DNA from: Marsupella aquatica
Taxonomy: Eukaryota; Plantae; Marchantiophyta
Length of the DNA stretch: 64,000 nt
Direction of reading: 5' to 3'
Assembly: GCA_973895155.1 (NCBI GenBank)
Contig: OZ316894.1
Location: 10,509,874-10,573,873, forward strand
Numbering within the stretch: position 1 is the stretch's first letter; each line of letters opens with the position of its first letter. A program made the translations under genes and the position numbers. The notes below the pieces were generated by a model. It made no database searches and had not been told where the DNA came from. It was given only the letters and a program-made list of their open reading frames with translations. Positions 23,000 to 34,130 of the stretch are shown one piece after another.

Positions 23000-25677
23000 G
23001 GGTCTGTGAAGATTCAAATGTTTGATGGCGCTGTGCGCACAGTGTTCGGAGTCAGGTATGTACCTAGCATGCGTAAGAATCTGATTTCACTCGGTGTGTT
23101 GGATTCAAATGGTCATCAATAGAGCGTTATTGATGGTGAACTTCAAGTTAGGTCTGGAGAGACAGTGATTTTGAAGGGGAGCAGACAGAAGAATTTGTAT
23201 GTATTATAGGGCAATACTGTATGTGGAGAGGCCAATGTAACCAAGTCTCACGAGGAGATGACTCAACTGTGGCATTCACAGCTAGGCCATATGAGTGAGA
23301 AGGGTTTGGCTATCTTACGGAAGAATGGACTCATTTCTGATTTGCAATCTTATAAATTAGAGTTCTGTGAGCATTGCATTCTTGGAAAGCAGCATCGTCG
23401 TGCTTTCGGTGTTGGAACTCATCGTTCCAAAGCGGTTCTTGAGTACATACATAGTGACGTGTGGGGTCCATCCCCGACTCCCTCACACTCTGGAAAGTTA
23501 TACTATGTATCATTTATTGATGATTACTCAAGATTTGTGTGGATTTATTTCATGACGCATAAGTATGATGTCTTGTCCATTTTTAAGAAGTGGAAGGTCC
23601 AGGTGGAGAATCAGACTGGAAATACGGTCAAGTGTTTGGATACAAGGGTGAAGAGTCTAAGGTCAGACAATGGTAGGGAGTACACTTTAGTGGAATTTGA
23701 AGAGTACTATTCAGAACAGGGGATAACTCAGGTCTCCCGTACTGACAAAGGAAAATCTCCTATCCCGGATCTCATTGAGGGGGAGATTGGTCATGAGGTG
23801 CATGACCGGAGAGAAGGAGTTGCTCCAATTATGGAGTTGGTTCCCGTGCCAGAGGAACCAGAGAAGTTTGTTGATGTTGGTGAGCAGCAAGTGGATGCTG
23901 CTGAGCTTCAAATTGTACCAACACACGCAAATCAACCAGAGTCATCGGCTAGAAGAGCATCTGGTCGCACTGTACGCGCTCCACCAAGGTATGGACAGTG
24001 GGTTGATTCATCTCAATTGCAAGAGGAGGACTTTGTTACTGATGATGAGGGTGACGCGTTGATTTTGGAAGAAGGGGAACCTTCTTTATTGTATGAAGCA
24101 AGTGCTTCAAAGGAGAAGTAGGAGTGGGCTGTAGCAATGCAAACGAAAATGCAGTCACTGAAGGACAACAAAACTTAGGAGCTTGTCAAGCTGCCTGAGG
24201 GACAGCAAGTGGTGGACAGCAAGTGGTGGACAGCAAGTGGATATACAAGCTGAAGGATCAGTTCACAGGAGGTGGATCGAAGGTCTACAAGGCTAGGTTG
24301 GTAGCCAAGGGATTCACACAGGAAAAAAATGTGGATTACAACGAGGTCTTCTCACCAGTTGCTAAGTACTCAACAATACGGCTATTGTGTGTGCTTGTTG
24401 TTATGTTTGGTCTGCTGCTAGATCAGATGGATGTTGTCACAACTTTCCTCTATGGTACCTTGGAAGAGGTGATCTTCATGAGACAGCCGCTAGGTTTTGT
24501 GAAGAAAGGGCAAGAGGATTTGGTTTGTAGGTTGTTGAGATCCTTGTACGGGTTGAAGCAATCACCAAGATAGTGGAATAAGCGGTTTGATGATTGGATC
24601 CGTGCACAAGGCTTTCACAGGAGTGTGTTTGACCCATGTGTGTATCTTAAACCGATGAAAAATGTTGTTTTTGGGTTCATTTTAGTACTTTATGTGGATG
24701 ACATGCTTATTGCGGCCAAGGATAGGTCTGAGATTGTTAAGCTCAAGGCACTGCTTAGTGCAGAGTTTAAGATGAAGGACTTAGGGCTAGCTAAGAGAAT
24801 TTTGGGTATGGAGATCACTGGGGACTTGAAGGCTGATAAGCTATGGTTGACGCAGAGCAGTTATGCGAGGAAGGTAATTGCAAGGTTCAACATGGGGGAT
24901 AGCAAGCCAGTAAGTACCCCATTGGCTCCACACTTCAAGTTGTCATCAACTTTCTGTCCTATGAATGACACAGAGAAGGGGTTGATGTCAAAGGTTCCGT
25001 ATGATAAGGCAGTGGGGAGTCTCATGTATTTGATGACTTGCACTAGACCTGATCTTGCCATGGGTATGGGCAAGGTGAGCAGGTACATGTTGAATCCAGG
25101 GAAGGTACACTGGGAAGCAATGAAGTGGATTATTCGGTATTTGAAGGGTATCGTGGATCATGGTCTATTGTTTGATGCACATGCTGATAATGCTAGATCA
25201 TTGATGGGCTATGTAGATGCTGACTATGCACAGGATCTGGATCGGAGGAGGTCAACAACAGGTTATGTGTTCACACTTGGAGGTGGATGCATAAGTTGGA
25301 GGTCTACTTTGCAGAAGTGTATTACTCAGTCTACTACAGAAGCGGAGTATGTTGCAGTGCTAGCGAAAGCAGCAGCGGAAGCGATTTGGTTGGATAGACT
25401 TATCACTGAGATGGGATTGCCACAGGGGAATGTGAAGCTCCATTGTGATAGTCAAAGTGCACTCCACCTTGCTGTGAACCAGGTGATGGATAGCAGAGTG
25501 AAGCACATCGACGTCAGGTACCATTTTATCAGGCAGGTTGTGTCTGATAATATGTTTGAGCTAGTCAAGATTGACGGTAAACTCAACCCGGCTGACGCTT
25601 TTACTAAAGTGATTCCTTTGGAGAGTTTTTCTAGACACCGTGATGCGTTGCAGATTTTACAATTGCCTCACAAGTAG
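23000..25677 (+). pseudogene. pol: Copia pol remainder: protease end, truncated integrase, RT, RNase H
   Basis: VRYVPSMRKNLISLG, LWHSQLGHMSEKGL, CEHCILGKQHR, IHSDVWGP, FIDDYSR, RSDNGREY, YKARLVAKGFTQ, MDVVTTFLYG, SLYGLKQSPR, LYVDDMLI, DADYAQDLDRRRSTTGY and KHIDVRYHFIR. Several stops and frameshifts. Confidence 0.95.
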
Positions 25678-25868
25678 GGTTACTTAACATTTGTGCAGAT
25701 ACTGAGATATGCTCTTGCTCATTCCTTGTATAGGCTACGACTTAGTTCTGGTCTACTCTCGTATAAAGAGGGAAAAACCGGTTTGGTTTTTCTTTCCAGA
25801 ACTTCCAGCTGAGCAGTCATATTTGTAGCAGTCTTTACCCTCCCCTAGACCAGAGTCAAGGGGGAGAT

Positions 25869-26213
25869 TGTTATGATTTACTCTTAGGTCTAGAGTTACA
25901 AATGTACCATAGTTAAGGCTAACTTTAGTCGCAGACTTGGTTAGGTTAGTCATGCTGTGCACACTCTATAACCAAGCGGTGTTTGCTTGGAGAGGGGGAA
26001 CTCAGGCACATTGTTACGGAGCTAGTTGAGAGATAGAGAGAACTTGTGCTGTGGATGCTTGGTATGGCCGGTCGGCCTAGAGTGCAGTAAAGCTCATGTG
26101 TGTTCCCGTGGACGTAGCCTCATGTGGAGGTGAACCACATATCTCTCTGTGTCAACTCTTGTGCGTTGGATGGTTCATGGGCTTGCCGTTGCGATTGTCG
26201 TCTATGCTCAACA
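25869..26213 (+). repeat. 3' LTR of the copia element (345 bp), preceded by PPT AAGGGGGAGAT
   Basis: PPT at ~25858-25868 directly before TGTT. Ends AACA at 26210-26213. TATA-like CTATAA near 25966. The right boundary is inferred from the terminal inverted tetranucleotide because the 5' LTR is unavailable. Confidence 0.75.
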
Positions 26214-28528
26214 GTTTATGGGCACAAGTCACATGTTCCTGAGATTTTCCTTCCTCCAATGGTTCTTATATAAGAAAGAAACATGTGTGTCATACTTGCC
26301 TCCTGTCCTTGAAGTATATCCAAATTAGCTGATAGGTCACACTTTTATTCCTTTGCTTTTGTTTTCTATTCCTCTATTGTTGTAAGGGCCTCCTTGGCTT
26401 GTTGGACCTCTTTGGTAGTCTTGGGGCCTTTCCCTCCCTTTATTGGGTTTGCTTTATGCCCTTTAGTACCGTGATATATATTTTTTGTTACTCTAGCTGT
26501 TCGCAATCATGCAATATGGTGAGGGAAATAATATTCCAAAGCAAAAGAGAAGCATGCACTTTGCTGTCCTATGGAGATTACTTTGGTTCATCTTACTACC
26601 AAGTCACCTACTCCATCATATTTGAAGGGTCCCTGTAGAGTTCAACTTATTTCCAGCCGTTCGCCAGTTGTGTTTTTGGTATGAGGCAATAGCGTGGTTG
26701 TGGTACTGTCTTGAGAGATTAATTTCTCTGTGGAAGGTAGGTGGTCCTAAGTGGAAGGAGGAGGGAAAGGAATGATGGTAAAGTGAGAGCTTGAGGTCTT
26801 AGTGGGGTCTTTCCCTTTCCCTGTTCCCACTATTTATTGGGTCTTTTTGTCTTTGGGATCCTCTCTCCCAGTTTGGAGCATTTGTCCTTTGGCACTGTGT
26901 TAACATGACGCAAACAAAATTGTTTCAATACAACAGAGATTATTTCTATATCACTCTGGGGGGAGAGAGTATCCCAACTGCAAAGTGACCTAACAAAGGG
27001 AAAAAAATCAAAGGACGAACACCAGGGAAAACCTGAGGACGACCAAGGAGCAAAAAGGAAGTAAAGCCTTACCACACATTGAACTGCAAGGCCCGAGTAA
27101 CTCAAGCAATAAATTGAAAAGCCTGTAAAGCTCAGGAGTAGCAGCATAAGAGGGTCCCCTTTCTAAATCTCATAATGACACTAAAATTAAGTTTGGCTAG
27201 CAAAAGAAGCCTTTCTGGTTCTAGTCAAAGTGTTAATTTCCTGTTTGTAATTCAATAAAACAATGATTGCCAATGATACAAAAGCTACTGTAGCGCTTTT
27301 GTATGATCTAAGGTTATTTTTTCCATCATTCTTGTTTTCACTAATTTTTCATTTGAAAGGTAAAGTAGGTGATCAAGTGGTATGGTTCATACTTATTAAA
27401 AACTTTTCACTTACCCCTGTCGTTAGTCTATTGTCAAAATTGCACTCTAAGCACGGATAGACTGAGATAATGGCTCTGAGGCAATTCTGAACAATCCCGT
27501 TTAGAAGGAAGAATCAAACAAACTCCAACAACGAAAAAGTAAAAGAGATTCAAAGCCCCAACTTTGGATCAAGGGGTTCAAAGCAGAGAAGTCTGGAGAG
27601 GCACCAATGGAAAGAATTGCAAAGGTAAAACCCCAAAAACCTAGAAGTAAGAAGAAGAAAAAACCCAGAGTTGCTTATCATCTCATCACTCCTAAATTGC
27701 TTTCTCATACGAACTGTTGCTTAATCTGTACTAGCCACTCCAGGCTTCCTATTCTTCTCCACCATCGTCACCTTTCTTACTAGAGGATAGAGCAAGTTTT
27801 TTTGTATGGACAGAGCGATATACCCTTGGAAAAGTTATATCTATTTGGATTCGTACTGCTTTGCTCAAAACCGCATGCAATGACTCGATTGCTGACTCAA
27901 TTTCGACATGAACGATCGATATTTGTAAGTGCTTTAACGACACCGCAATTCACGAGGTGACTGAAATTTGAGGTTCACAACAATTCCTCGTGCATCATTG
28001 ACATATGAGGGCACCTCGAAAACCGTACAGTTACTGTGACTACCTCAGTGTACAAAAGCATACGTAGCAATTTTTTCCACAAGAAATATGGTTTAGCTTG
28101 CAGTACCATCCACTGCTTTTGATTTGCATTCTCACTCTTATGTGAGTTGTAAAACATTCACGGCTCAGCAGAACGCGTGAGAATGTTTCTTCTCAGGAAA
28201 GATATCTAAATCCCTAAACGAGACTGTCGAAATTACCTACTACCTCCGGGAAAAGCGCCAGTCTGATGAGTGAAAAAAAAGGTACTGTCTACAAGACTCA
28301 TCATTCAGAGTAGGTGATTGAGAAAACGACTTTCTTTTCCAAAAACCGTTCCGTGATTAAGGATGATTTGCGAATCGCAGGTGCTAGGCTGGTGAGCAAC
28401 ACGAGCAAAGGTTTGTTAACTCAGCACTAAAATATGTCTCAAATCTCTATAAGTTCTGTACAATTTGTATAGCTACGTTCGTCGTGATGGCCAAAATCAA
28501 TTTCACCCTTGCTTCACTCTGATGTGTT

Positions 28529-29369
28529 TCAATCGGTCTTCAGACCCACTTTCTGAGCTACCTTCTCTGCGTCACGTTTGACTGCCTTGGCTGCCTCCAC
28601 TCCTACCTCCTTCAGCCCGGTCGCAGTTTCAGACACCTTGCTAGGCATGTCTTTGAACATATCCTTCGCAGTATCTACATTCTTGGCCACCTGACCTGCT
28701 GCTTGATCTTTCGCTTCAGTTGCCTTTCCTCCTGCCTCGGCCGTCGTCTCCTTCACCTTTTCTTTCGCTTGATCTTTCATTGCGGTTGCCTTTTCTCCTG
28801 CCTCGGCCGTCGTCTCCTTCACCTTTTCTTTCGCTTCACCGACCTTGTGAGAACTTTCAGAAACCACATCCTCGGCGACTCCCTTGGTTTGCTCCTTTTG
28901 TTGTTTTATTTCGTTCGACTTCTTTTCATAGCTATCATCCACACTTCCCCCTCCCTCATTGACCATCTTTCCACTTTCATAATCACGAGTCTCTTCATTG
29001 TCGGCCTTTGCCTGTTCTCGTCATTAGTAATCGAGAATCACAATCAGTCCGTTATCGGGTGTTAGCATCTTGATCATTGTCTAACGCAAACCTCTCGGCT
29101 GGGAAATTATGTGATTTTAAATACAACCTCTTCTCCCCTAAGCTATCTCGGATGTACTATATGAAGAGACTCGGCACCTCAGAGAAGGAAACTTACGCAA
29201 CAAATGAACTTATAGAACTAACCTGAGCGTCAGAGTGTAATCCCCGGCTAGGGAAGAGCCGTCCTTGCCAAGGAACCGCAAGTGCCTCAAGGCTGGTGCT
29301 ACTGCCGTTGCCGATGCTCGGCCGCTGCAAGAGCGTCAGGAACTGCGCTGATATTCTCCGTGCAGCCAT
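28529..29369 (-). CDS. Group 3 LEA-like protein with predicted mitochondrial transit peptide, copy 1; exons 29369-29223 and 29011-28529, 209 aa
   Basis: Arg/Ser-rich MAARRISAQF...SRGLHSDAQ leader, phase-0 GT-AG intron, and K/E/A/T-rich 11/22-mer repeats (AKEKVKETTAEAGEKAT..KDQ). Very hydrophilic mature region with no Cys or Trp. Confidence 0.82.
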
Positions 29370-29649
29370 TGTGAAACTTGCTCGATCACCCCGGTCTACA
29401 ATGCTACAAATACTGAACAATACGGCAAAGCAAATATTGATCAAACTGGATTTGTGCTACTGGATCGAATATACGATACAAATTCTATCTTCGAACTGTC
29501 ACAAGAGTTCAGCGTCAGGGCGGAAACCTATTCCAAAGCGAGTGCAGGGAAACTCGTTCAATCAAAGCTCGACGTTAACGGAACGATCCTCGGTGAAATA
29601 TCACAACTGCTCAGAACACACGGGCAAAAGCGAACCTGCAAGACGACCG

Positions 29650-30100
29650 AGAGCAGCACGAATTCGTCCAAGCGTTCGCAGGATTTACGCGTCAAAACGA
29701 AGAAACGCGACTCGCTATCGAACCACAGCTCGCAATTGTCTGTCAAACCTGCACGATAGAATGTAGCACAAATTGGTCGAAGTGGGACACTGTTCAGAAA
29801 CGAGAATTCAACTTCAAGACTGATTTCTCCTCCAATCTACTCGTTAGTTGGAGGAGAAATCAAGACCCGCCTGATTTAGTCAAGTAGCACGAATTCGTCG
29901 AAGTGAAACAGTTTTCAGAAACGAGAATTCCACTTCAACACGGACTTCTGCTCCAATGTCCTAGAGACAGAGGAAAACCTACCTCACTCAATCAATCCAG
30001 TAGGACGAATTCGCCGAAGTGAAACAGTGCTCACACACGAGAATTCAACTCAAAGACGGATTTCTGCTCCAATTCACTCGAGAGTAAAACCTACCTCACT
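29650..30100. repeat. Degenerate ~115-bp tandem repeat (about 4 units) upstream of LEA copy 1, probably in a 5' UTR intron
   Basis: Recurring AGCACGAATTCGTCGAAGTGAAACAG...CGAGAATTCAACTTCAA near 29655, 29765, 29886 and 30001. Related units at 50020-50220. Confidence 0.7.
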
Positions 30101-30471
30101 TAATAGTCAGAGCTCGCCGATGCTGAAGGACTTCTCCGGGGAAGTAATGCTCTGAGGTTGCGGTCGATCTGCGGCGTGCCATGGCAGGTAGTTGCATTGA
30201 AATTGGAATTGCATGCGAGGGGGCAGAGTGAGCTTCGTCAGGTGAGAGCAAGGCACGTACACTTGTTCTCATTTGACGGGGCCAGGCGATGCGCTTTGCA
30301 AGGTGGCAGCTCCTTGATGAGCCGCGTGGTGTTTGAGGGCACTCCACATTTCTACTCTTTCTTGGGCACCCGCCCCCTGCCCGCGGGCACGGAAACGCGG
30401 CCCCTCCATTCGAAAAGCTTCCGTGTTACCTCTTTGACACCATTATGCTCAGGAGAGTTCCTGTAGTTTAT

Positions 30472-33400
30472 ATATATATATATTTATTTAAAATTAAACA
30501 TTTATTCCGCGTGAACCCCACTGATGGGGGAACCAGCAGGCCCAAGGGCAATAGAAGCCAGAAAGGCCAAGAAGAACACATAAAGCCAACAAGCGAGTGT
30601 ACCTGAGAGTCAAGAAAAAGTGTCACACAATCCAAAGCTTACAGTCTTCTCAGGATCACCTACCAATCCCAGAGCAGTACCCTAATCAAAAACCTCCAAC
30701 CGGGTTGCAGATTGCCCAGTCCATAAAACGGGAGAGATCCCAACAATTACCAGCCCACAAACACTAGGCACCCCATCTCCATCTGTCAACAGAATCTACC
30801 AGCCCCAGAATCTACCAGCCCCACAGCCATCTAACAAGCCTATGTAGCAAATCTAATTCCCCTTTGTGAAATCAAACGAGCACTGATGTTCCCTACCAAC
30901 TCCTTGGCACGGAGAGGTCGGGTGTGTTTCCTGCTTGGAGGAGAAGATCTCCCAGCCGCCAATAACATGTCATTTACCTCAGATAAAACCAGTGAAAGAT
31001 CGAAGCTTCTTCTCTTCCTATGATCAAATGTCTGCTCATTTCTGCCCAGCCATAACGTCCACAAGACCTGAAATAGAATATAGGCCTTCAGTGTGCTAAC
31101 ACAATCCCTCCCCACAGTGGAGTCCAACAAGGGGAGAAGAGCCAAAATAGGCCAGTTGAACCATCCAGCTAGACAGTCCTGTGTTACCTGCCAGCAACGC
31201 CGAGCATGTCTGCACTCAAAAAAGATATGAGGAATTGATTCCCAAGCATCATGACACAGCAGACATCGTCTGTTTCCTTTCCCAATTTTCAATGCCCGCA
31301 CTCCAGAGAACAGACCCTGCGCAGTGATCCTCCATATAAAGGTCTTGGCACGTGTAGAGATATCAAGTGTCCATAAATTGAGCCATAACTTACTCCATTC
31401 TCTCTCTGTCCTAGTACCTCCCCAGATCCTATTGAGTCGATTCATCTCCGAACCTTTTGGCCTAAGCAATTGATAGATCCTCCTGTTATCAAGCCTAAAC
31501 ATTCTCAGCCTATCTTCATTGTCAATCCAACGCCATGCAGTAGGTCTAGTAAGTCCAGTATAAGCCCCAGCCAAACAAGTCCTAGCAGAAGAGATCACTC
31601 CAATCACCTCCATACAAACGGTTCTGAGTGCCTGATCAATTCCACGAATCCTGTCCAATCGTTCTGCCACCGAGATCCAACATCTCTTACTCCCTGACCA
31701 TAGTGCATCAACTCTCTTAAGGCCAATACGGCCACAGACCTCAGCAACCGAGTTCAGACAGTCCTCCGGTAAAGATTGAAATCCTTCCAGACATTTGATC
31801 AGTTCAGAAAAACCCCAGTGCCCTGGGATAGCTCCATCCCGAGGGCAGAAAACCAAGAATAACCTAAGTGGTTCCCAAGCCTTCCACAGACTCCCAGTAT
31901 ACCTCAATTTACCAAAATTTGCTGGTGAACAAAGTAAAATCCTATCTGTCATTGAATAGCCATTTCTTCTAATATTCTTATAATTTTTCCACTTAGCCAA
32001 ACAAAGATTAGCCCCAAAAAGCAGGGCCCACTCTGTATTAGGGTGGTCCAAAGCTTTAGTAAACCACTGACACAACAATGCATCCGAATGGACCCGAAAG
32101 TCCTTGAAGCCTAAACCGCCCATCACCTTGGGTCGAGTCAAGGTACCCCAGGCCACCAGCGGGACCTTCCTCCCACCAGCCGGATTATAGCCCCAAAGAA
32201 AGTTACGACAAAGCGCTGTCATCTTTTTCCCTAGTGCTACAGAGGACTTTAGAAACATCATATGATAAATTGGTATTGCCTGCAGCACATGTTTAACCAG
32301 CAGAGCTCGCCCGGTGAACGATAGAAGTCGAGTAGTCCAACATGACAACCTAAGCACAATTTTATCCAAACAAAAGTCATGCAGTTTAGTTGTTAAAAGG
32401 TCCCGGCCAAAGGGAGCCCCCAGATACCGTTGTACCTCCCCAGATCCACTGATAGTACACCCAGACTGAGCCAGCCACTTAGGTATCACCTCAAGCGCCA
32501 AAGGTATTATCATTGACTTGTGGAGGTTCAGGCGAGCCCCGGAGGCCAACTCATAGACAGCCAGCGCATCCCTAGTTTGAACAAAAGCCACCTCTGTGGC
32601 CGGTATAACCATACCCAAGTCATCCGCAAACAATCGATAGCAGAGAGTCATTCCAGGTGTAATCTGAATTCCACTAAGTTTTCCTGATTTAATCTCAGCA
32701 TCTAGAAAGTCCATCAGAGGTTGCGTAGAGATGGTGAACAGCAGAGGTGAGAGCGGGCAGCCCTGTCTCACCCCCCGTAGCAACGACACCTCCCCTGAGA
32801 ACATTCCATTTACATGGATCCGAGAAGCAGAATTGCTTAATAGACCCTTCACCAGCAAAATAAAATGTGCGCTCAGCCCAAGTAGGTGCATTGTCTCCCA
32901 GATATAAGAGTGACTGACTCGATCAAAGGCCTTCTCAAAGTCCAATTTCAGAAAAAGGGACTCACATTTGTTATGCTTAACCCAATCCTCTGTAAGCCAT
33001 GCAATAGAAATATTCTCAAGAATATGTCTCCCCGGAACGAATCCAGTCTGCTGCACACTGATAAGGGAAGGGAGCAGCACTTTCAACCTCACAGCCAGCA
33101 GTTTAGCAATGATCTTGTATACAGTGTTTAGCATCGTGAGTGGCCTCCAGTCTTTCAGTCTTCTCTTATCAGGTTTCTTGGGGATGAATTTGATTATCCC
33201 CAACTTGATAGAGCAAGCCAGATCCCCATTCACCCAAAAAGCCTCTATCATTCTCATCATGTCATCCTTCATAAAGGACCAGCATTGTCTGAAAACCTCA
33301 ATTGTGAAGCCATCAGGCCCGGGGGCCTTATCCGCATGTAGCATCCAAATCGTCTCTTCTACCTCTTTAAGTAAAGGAAGGGCCTCCAGTAGCCTCGATT

Positions 33401-34130
33401 GTGCCTCAGTCAATGCCTTCCTGGTATTTCCTAATAGCCATTGTCGTGCCTCCCTTACCGCCCGAGCTTTAGACTCAGAAGACCCCTCAGGAGCAAAGAG
33501 CAAAGAGCATTGCTTCTCAACCTCAAGCAGTACGTCCATCTCAGAAGAGAGCGTTGTCCCGTCTTCCAAGAGCAACGAAGGCATTGCCTCCCTACTGCGC
33601 TTAGCTCTAACCATCGCAAAATAGAAGCGAGAGGGCTCATTACCCTCCCCAAGCCACTTGATTCTCGCCAATCTTCGCCCCAGCTGAGCCTCATCCTGTT
33701 CCGCAATTCTCATCTCATCCTCTATCGTTAAAAAATCTTTAAGCATTGTTTCCGAGTACTCGCCCATCATTGCCACCTTCAGCGATCTAAGTTTGTCTCT
33801 AATAGCCTCTAGAGCCACTGTTTTGTCCATTGGGGTACCTTGAATTCTTTTCAGGCACTCACGGAGTCTCTTTTTTGTTTGAACAAATCTCAGATGTGGG
33901 TCAGTAACCAGCAGGTTTCCATCTTCCCAAGCAGCACGCAGTTGATTCCAATTTTCCTCTGATTGTAAGAACGCTGGATTTGCTTTAAAGTACGATTATT
34001 TCCTGCTTACCCCAGCTTCTTCTATCCGTGCCATTTGAATTTCTACCAGCACAGGATCATGATCAGACAGAGCAGAACCACCATCATGCCTAACCATGAT
34101 AAGCCGCCCAAGCCACCAGCCTTGCTCACT
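30472..34130 (-). mobile_element. 5'-truncated L1-clade LINE
   Basis: 15-bp TSD GTTCCTGTAGTTTAT at 30457-30471 and 34131-34145. 3' end has AATAAA and an A/TA-rich tail. 5' end breaks off at the end of the endonuclease (HDGGSALSDHDP). Confidence 0.93.
30840..33830 (-). CDS. LINE ORF2 fragment, uninterrupted 996 aa (RT plus zinc finger, no endonuclease)
   Basis: KAPGPDG, WRPLTMLN, QQTGFVPGR, LDFEKAFD, GVRQGCPLSPLLF, FADD and CLLC...HIFFEC. Confidence 0.9.
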   Translation of the reverse strand: MDKTVALEAIRDKLRSLKVAMMGEYSETMLKDFLTIEDEMRIAEQDEAQLGRRLARIKWLGEGNEPSRFYFAMVRAKRSREAMPSLLLEDGTTLSSEMDVLLEVEKQCSLLFAPEGSSESKARAVREARQWLLGNTRKALTEAQSRLLEALPLLKEVEETIWMLHADKAPGPDGFTIEVFRQCWSFMKDDMMRMIEAFWVNGDLACSIKLGIIKFIPKKPDKRRLKDWRPLTMLNTVYKIIAKLLAVRLKVLLPSLISVQQTGFVPGRHILENISIAWLTEDWVKHNKCESLFLKLDFEKAFDRVSHSYIWETMHLLGLSAHFILLVKGLLSNSASRIHVNGMFSGEVSLLRGVRQGCPLSPLLFTISTQPLMDFLDAEIKSGKLSGIQITPGMTLCYRLFADDLGMVIPATEVAFVQTRDALAVYELASGARLNLHKSMIIPLALEVIPKWLAQSGCTISGSGEVQRYLGAPFGRDLLTTKLHDFCLDKIVLRLSCWTTRLLSFTGRALLVKHVLQAIPIYHMMFLKSSVALGKKMTALCRNFLWGYNPAGGRKVPLVAWGTLTRPKVMGGLGFKDFRVHSDALLCQWFTKALDHPNTEWALLFGANLCLAKWKNYKNIRRNGYSMTDRILLCSPANFGKLRYTGSLWKAWEPLRLFLVFCPRDGAIPGHWGFSELIKCLEGFQSLPEDCLNSVAEVCGRIGLKRVDALWSGSKRCWISVAERLDRIRGIDQALRTVCMEVIGVISSARTCLAGAYTGLTRPTAWRWIDNEDRLRMFRLDNRRIYQLLRPKGSEMNRLNRIWGGTRTEREWSKLWLNLWTLDISTRAKTFIWRITAQGLFSGVRALKIGKGNRRCLLCHDAWESIPHIFFECRHARRCWQVTQDCLAGWFNWPILALLPLLDSTVGRDCVSTLKAYILFQVLWTLWLGRNEQTFDHRKRRSFDLSLVLSEVNDMLLAAGRSSPPSRKHTRPLRAKELVGNISARLISQRGIRFAT

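Larger units (their letters stand above)
1..26213 (+). mobile_element. Decayed Ty1/copia LTR retrotransposon (5' LTR and PBS outside window), interrupted by nested elements
   Basis: Domain order gag - protease - integrase - RT - RNaseH. The frame is restored across both insertions once element plus one TSD is removed. A polypurine tract precedes a TGTT...AACA 3' LTR. Confidence 0.93.

Noticed and set aside
26340-27150. Possible LINE 3'-UTR remnants (also ~60490-60780)
   Set aside because: Only compositional resemblance. No TSD or coding remnant could be confirmed.
28703-29065. Plus-strand Leu/Phe/Arg-rich ORFs (also 48809-49201)
   Set aside because: Antisense shadows of the repetitive LEA coding sequence.
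32968-33624. 218-aa plus-strand ORF and similar ORFs opposite both LINEs
   Set aside because: Antisense frames of LINE ORF2 with no independent motifs.
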